Origin: Hormiphora californensis
Taxonomy: Eukaryota; Animalia; Ctenophora
NCBI GenBank assembly: GCA_020137815.1
Contig: CM035352.1
Span: 8,742,001-8,806,000 of the forward strand
Reading direction: 5' to 3'
DNA length: 64,000 nucleotides
The notes under the pieces are model-generated. The model did no database searches and had not been told where the DNA came from. It worked only from the letters and a program-made list of their open reading frames with translations. Below are positions 59,126 through 64,000 of the stretch, one piece after another. Each line of letters begins with the position of its first letter. The first letter of the stretch is position 1. Both the position numbers and the translations under genes were made by a program.

Positions 59126-60320
59126 GTTGGAAGAAAAGAACATTAATTGGAAAAGAAAGATGAACAAAGAACATGTACAACACGGATTCACGTAAAGGGT
59201 TTCTAATCTAAAACAGGGGCATTGATATAGCACATGGAAACATGAGGAAATGCCAGCTGCAGCTGCAAAGGTAGTATGTTGTATAGTCACAGGTTTGTCA
59301 ATGTCAGTTTCTCGAAATTTCTGTTGAAATGCGACAATCATGTACATTGTGCCTTGTGTTACCTACCCTATTTTCCTAGTGTGGCTATATATTGTTAAGA
59401 GTGGAGGGGTTTCTATGGTAACGAAATATGAACCTGCTGAACATGGTTGGCGGGTATTGCGATCAGTACACGGATATAAGTTAAGGTAATATTGTATGAA
59501 ATACTGTCTGCTCTGTGTTTTAGGCGACATTGATCTATATTGCGACATGAAGTGCGTGTATTTTAACCTAGATCCTTGATAGTTGCGTTTCGGGTCAGAG
59601 TCGCGTTTGTTTTATTTTTCCCTTCTCCCTCACGTTTAGATTGAGGAGTTCTCCGGCCGCCCTTTCCAGCAGGATCATCGTCACTGTAGAAGGTTACACA
59701 TGGCAGGACAATGTGACCGATCCCTTCAGTGTCGGAGAGCAGGTCTTCACCATCAAATATCTGCAGGGAATTGTGGGGATGAACGAATTGAGTTCTTTAT
59801 GGAGCTAACTCTGATTCAACATTATTGTATTCACTATCGTCTGAACATTAAAAGAAGAGTCTGAACAATAAATTCGTATGGGACTGGCCGTATTGCGAAG
59901 TCAACTCATGGAAATGTAGGATGTAGGATGTCATTTAATGTTCTTACCTGTATTCGCAGGTTCACATCAGGTTTAGATGTGCTAACTTGAACTGTAGTTG
60001 GTGTATCACTGGCTACATTTACCGTGTATCTGAAATTATACATTATCGGGTTTATATATTATCGGCTTATTTTATACATTATCGGCTTATTTTATACATT
60101 ATCGGATTGTTTTTATACATTATTGGATTATTTTACATTTTCACTGCTACAAAATACATCTCGTTTGGTATTTACACTTCATAAATACACATGCAGGTAA
60201 ATATGTTTTACCTAAAGATAACGTTATTCTTTTCCGGAACATAATACTCCTTCACTTCGTTACTTGTGATTGTTGCAGCGGCAAAGTCTCGGGCCGGTAG
60301 GAGCAACTGGGATGTGCTGC
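54917..60320 (-). CDS. ADGB: Androglobin, C-terminal exons only (5' exons not identified in the window). Exons ~60320-60212, 60029-59949, 59761-59569, 58904-58810, 56714-56603, 56440-56250, 56093-55990, 55884-55661, 55417-55243, 55099-54917
   Basis: NNVIFR|YTVNV...VQVSTSKPDVNLRIQ|IFDGEDLLSDTEGIGHIVLP; YVIQATVL..SW; PFWTLRV; RRDTQREDEMKSIKATWEELQPGRAAK; coiled coil and KKKK end, all in the order I recall for androglobin. Confidence 0.82.
57198..58569 (+). CDS. Secreted F-type lectin / F5-8-like single-domain protein, nested antisense in an ADGB intron. Exons 57198-57427, 58284-58569
   Basis: Signal peptide; RALDG..YYHS..EWLELTL..V.KVVVVNR|...ERL.GT.I...CGTI...YTIDC...MNIAEVMVYG; splice phase consistent. 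Confidence 0.8.
57578..58190. mobile_element. MITE inside the lectin intron
   Basis: Termini TAGCCTTCCCTA...TAGGGAAGGCTA; inner inverted pair AAAAATGTGCCCCCTAG / CTAGGGGACACATTTTT; internal TGCGA / TCGCA micro-repeats in opposite orientations. Confidence 0.8.
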
Positions 60321-60466
60321 CTGGAAAAGAGTTCATTCATTAATTATTTAGTTCAGGGTTTCTATGGCAACAAAAAGAGTCATTGTTCATACAGTTAGTT
60401 CAGGGTACTAGAAAGAATACATCATGTTTTCATAAGATCAATTCATAAAACAACAATTGATTAACA

Positions 60467-61450
60467 TTAGACACTAGTGCTGGAGAATCTAGTAGCTACG
60501 TTAACCCCAGTATTCTTATTAAAATTCAATCGGCTACCAATCTTGCTAGTAACATCCTTTCTTAATCTGGAAAATCTACAATAGTAAATACATGGATTCA
60601 GGGTAGCGTTCAGCACCACGGAAAGTATATAAACCGTCACCCATGAGTACGTTCTGACCAATTCATTCGTTATAACATCACGTCCTTTGAAAATGATAAT
60701 CGCCAGTCTAACATTATTTAGAACAACAGGAACATTACAGATAATGTATAAACATGTTAGAATTATTATCGTGTTGGTGGCCCGTACTTTTCGACGGCTC
60801 GCTTTTGAGAGTCGTTGTGACCGGCGGACTGATATCACAGAAACAGCACAACACGTGGTCACAGGTAGGATGGGTAGGGAGAGGAGTGTGATGGCTGCAA
60901 CCACATCGCAATATCTAAACCACTCAGGTTCAATGTGGTTAAAGGGGTAACCATCAGTTGCACTGTAGATGTAACTCCCCGCCAACTGACTGCCAGCAAT
61001 GAACCGTGTCAGGAGAAAGGCATAGTAACCAGCAATGATAATTGTAAGGGTTCTCTTACTCGGTGGGACAGCTAAAGGTTTCACAAGACAGTATGTTCTA
61101 GTTCCACTCAGTAGTAGGACCAGGAATACTGAAAAGTAAGGTTGAGCCTCCCAGAACGGTCCCCAGATATTACAAAATGCGTTACTGGCGAACAATCCTG
61201 GTTTCCTGTCTCTATACAGGGTTATAATGACAGGTGATGCAAGGAAACATGTTACTGTGTCAGTAGCAGTGATGAACGCATAGAGTGTGCTGGAGCTGGA
61301 TTTATCATGATAGAGCCGTTTTTTGAAATAGATGAAGGTTGCAAAGTTGCTGGGTGCCCCAAATAGGAGACAAAAAAGAAGGAAGGTGCCCAGGAAGTCG
61401 TCCACTAGGGGAAGATAATGTAATGTAGTTGTCTCTGTTGTTGAGTTCAT
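60467..61450 (-). CDS. Intronless rhodopsin-class GPCR
   Basis: 327 aa; N-glycosylation site at start, seven hydrophobic segments, TM3 FC...LSGTRT (DRY-equivalent), TM6 ICNVP, TM7 NATLNPCIY. Confidence 0.9.
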   Translation of the reverse strand: MNSTTETTTLHYLPLVDDFLGTFLLFCLLFGAPSNFATFIYFKKRLYHDKSSSSTLYAFITATDTVTCFLASPVIITLYRDRKPGLFASNAFCNIWGPFWEAQPYFSVFLVLLLSGTRTYCLVKPLAVPPSKRTLTIIIAGYYAFLLTRFIAGSQLAGSYIYSATDGYPFNHIEPEWFRYCDVVAAITLLSLPILPVTTCCAVSVISVRRSQRLSKASRRKVRATNTIIILTCLYIICNVPVVLNNVRLAIIIFKGRDVITNELVRTYSWVTVYILSVVLNATLNPCIYYCRFSRLRKDVTSKIGSRLNFNKNTGVNVATRFSSTSV

Positions 61451-61611
61451 TGTGGTTCCTCGCTATGATTATACTGAGGGGTAAAATAACAACAAAATAA
61501 CACTAAAACAATAAGAACAACAATTCTACAGTCTTCTCAGACTCTTAATTGTCCATTTTCTGTAGTCGATGATATATACTTAACATGTGTGACTAATGAA
61601 CGGTAAATCAG

Positions 61612-61616
<5 letters not shown>

Positions 61617-61682
<66 letters not shown>
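61617..61682. repeat. (GA)n microsatellite
   Basis: Direct reading. Confidence 0.95.
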
Positions 61683-61686
<4 letters not shown>

Positions 61687-62950
61687 TAGAGACTGGGGGA
61701 GATAGAGAGAGGGATGGATTACAAACAGATGGTGCTAAAAGCTTAGCACCTAAGATTGCCAGCTGGTATTGATTATTGGACCAGTGTCCAGTACCTACAC
61801 AAAGTGAGGCTGGATAGAAACAGAATCGGAGAAGATTTTAGTAGGTAAAGTGTAAGCGAAACCAAAAAGGCTTGGGCATGACCATTTGGTTGTAGTTTCG
61901 CTTACACTTCAGTAGAGAGAAAAGCTCTCCTAGCATTCTGCCTTCCCGCTCAGACCAATATATCGCTGAGATATTTCTGTTACTATACGGGTTAACTTCT
62001 CTCTCTCTGAAGAAATGGAGCTGTATAATAGTGGGAATAACACGGGGCACAATCTTGTCCAATTCTATTTCTATCCACTCTCACTTTAATTAAATTGGAA
62101 CCTAGAATATAAGCGCAGCGACGACCTCTTGTTATAACAAGGGAACTGCAGTAGTTGTTGCTGTGTTATGTGTAATGGCATAACGGATGGCTTGCAATCG
62201 GCGGTGCTTCGGTTCTCTCTCTCTCTCTAGATTGGAATATGTTAGAATATAATAGCAGCGACGACCTCTTTTCATGTATAACACGAGGTGGTCGAGTTGC
62301 TGTATGGAAGCCCAAACTGAACAATTAGAAATGTCCCTCTGCAGTCTCTAGTATAGGATTTACATGCACTCATTACATAATTTAGGTTCATATTATGTAT
62401 AATCTACTCAGGGTTAATTGTTAGCCAGACAGTGGCTTGGGATTATCTATGTAATGTATACTAATACCCAAGGCAAACTGCGTAAGACAAACTATGATGA
62501 ACTCTAGATCTTTAGTTGTACTCAGCGTCTCTGTAAAAAAGGGTACTAGAGGAAGTGAGAGCTACATGTCGGTAAGTGATCGTTAGCATCTAGTAAACAC
62601 ATGTGCACTTAAATACAGACGAAAAATGCATGTTACGCTTTGGAAGTTCTAGTATATGGCAATAGGGCATGGTTCGGAGAGAGAGGGTCGGGCAAGGCAA
62701 GGTAATATTTCGACTACTTTACCACACAACAGATAATAGGAAACAAGTGCCAAGCTCAAAATTAAACAGCCTGAAAACTTCCTTGGAAGCTTCTAGAAAA
62801 CAAGAGAGTACAGATAACTTTCTTGTACGTGTGTTACCAATATCACGTTCACAGGTTAGTGGTTACCATGGTAACTAGAGCTGAATCAGGGTTACTACAG
62901 GTTACTACAGGTAACTAGATCGCTAGATCAAAAAGACAGGAGAGTATTAC

Positions 62951-63607
62951 ATGAGGTATAAACTCTGGCCACTGGCGCGTTATTTCAGATAACTTTCTCC
63001 CAGCGCGCCGCTGGGAGAAGTTAGCTGAAGTTTATCCGCCGCTGGCGGATAAACTGGTTTAAATGACGACGACGATCCCGAGGCGGAGCCGAGGGAGAGG
63101 CGGAGGGGTTTAAACCTATAACGTGCCAGTGGTCAGAGTTTATAGGTTATATACCCTGCTTTAGTTGTTTATTTCAAGTATTACACACCAACAAGAGAGA
63201 GAACACTAATCAAAACACTCAAAGAGGACTGAGAAATAGTTAAAACACCTCACAATTGAGTGTACACTGTTTGGTAACAGTTACTAAGCAGTTGCTAAGG
63301 AAAGAGAGTGAAAGAAATAGCCTGATAAGGGGCATGTCACACATAACACAGAGGAAGAGATAGTGAGACAAAAGGGGAGATAAAGAGAGAGTAATTGACG
63401 GAATGTGTCCTTTCTTTCTCTCCAATGTAGTGTGTAAGTGTTGCACATAGTGTTCCCTCTGTATTTTAGTAAGAACTGATCATTTACACACACTTTGAAT
63501 GTTCAAAATAAATAACCTGCCAGTGGGAAATAATCTGCCGCTGGACTGGCTGTTTATTGAGAGCGCGCTAGTGGGACTGGCGGGTTATTTAAGTTAGCAG
63601 GGTATAT
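62951..63607. mobile_element. Non-autonomous hairpin-rich element, copy 4
   Basis: Same family as 13058-13736 with two short internal deletions. Confidence 0.88.
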
Positions 63608-64000
63608 AGATTAATAACTTTCTGGTACGTGTGTTACCAATATCACGTGCACTTCCAACCTCATTGAACTCGAAGTACTAAGTGGTAGTGGCGAAGAAGA
63701 AGTGGTGATTGTATTACGCTTCTATAACTGAAACTGCAGTCATTAACCCATATAAGTGGGAAACACAAGTTTTAGTACTATTCAAGTCATAACCAAATGT
63801 AAACTGGAGATGCGGTGATGAATTCATTGGACTCAAGCACAGAGAGCAGGAGAGCTAAATTATTTAGTAAATACTATGCGGGATGTCTCGCCAGCAGTTG
63901 TGTAGGCTGGGTGCAGTAGGTTCCTTGATACTTAAGAACAATACAATCTAGATCCCCAGCCTCTCTAACGTAAAGAAGGTGAATAGATAAGATGTACACT

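Noticed and set aside
61849-61908. Hairpin AGTGTAAGCGAAAC...GTTTCGCTTACACT
   Set aside because: Single copy in the window with no TSD or RNA-family features; cannot be assigned

Overview
Eukaryotic (animal) genomic DNA with GT-AG introns and many (GA)n microsatellites. The compact genes, the GPCR type and the repeat-laden introns suggest a ctenophore such as Pleurobrachia (inference only). Genes, left to right: LINE fragments, a gap and ~6 kb of noisy CT-rich sequence; a Frizzled receptor (+); a 10-exon Shaker-superfamily Kv channel (-) with an antisense Kazal-domain gene in one intron; Spt6 (-); a dense block of ten co-oriented minus-strand genes ending in Spt6 (TTC5, two SMPDL3/ASM-like phosphoesterases, HtrA protease, an unknown membrane protein, NDUFA3-like, ICE2-like, Erv1/GFER, Lifeguard/TMBIM-like, Spt6); a tetraspanin; the 3' part of Androglobin with a nested F-type-lectin gene; and an intronless GPCR. 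Main observations: (1) the ten-gene block looks like an operon, with short spacers and an apparently unpaired splice acceptor just before each ATG, as expected for SL trans-splicing; (2) many tandem arrays are made of the gene's own splice donor, acceptor or stop-codon junction; (3) a ~670-bp non-autonomous element has a multi-branch hairpin supported by compensatory changes, and two copies sit at the same base of a splice-donor repeat; (4) an intact ORF1-only retroelement and other LINE ends join directly to (CT)n tracts; (5) Spt6 ends in about 20 Spt5-CTR-like G-x-R-T-P repeats. Several genes show 1-nt frameshifts that are probably assembly errors. All gene names come from motif recognition, not database searches.
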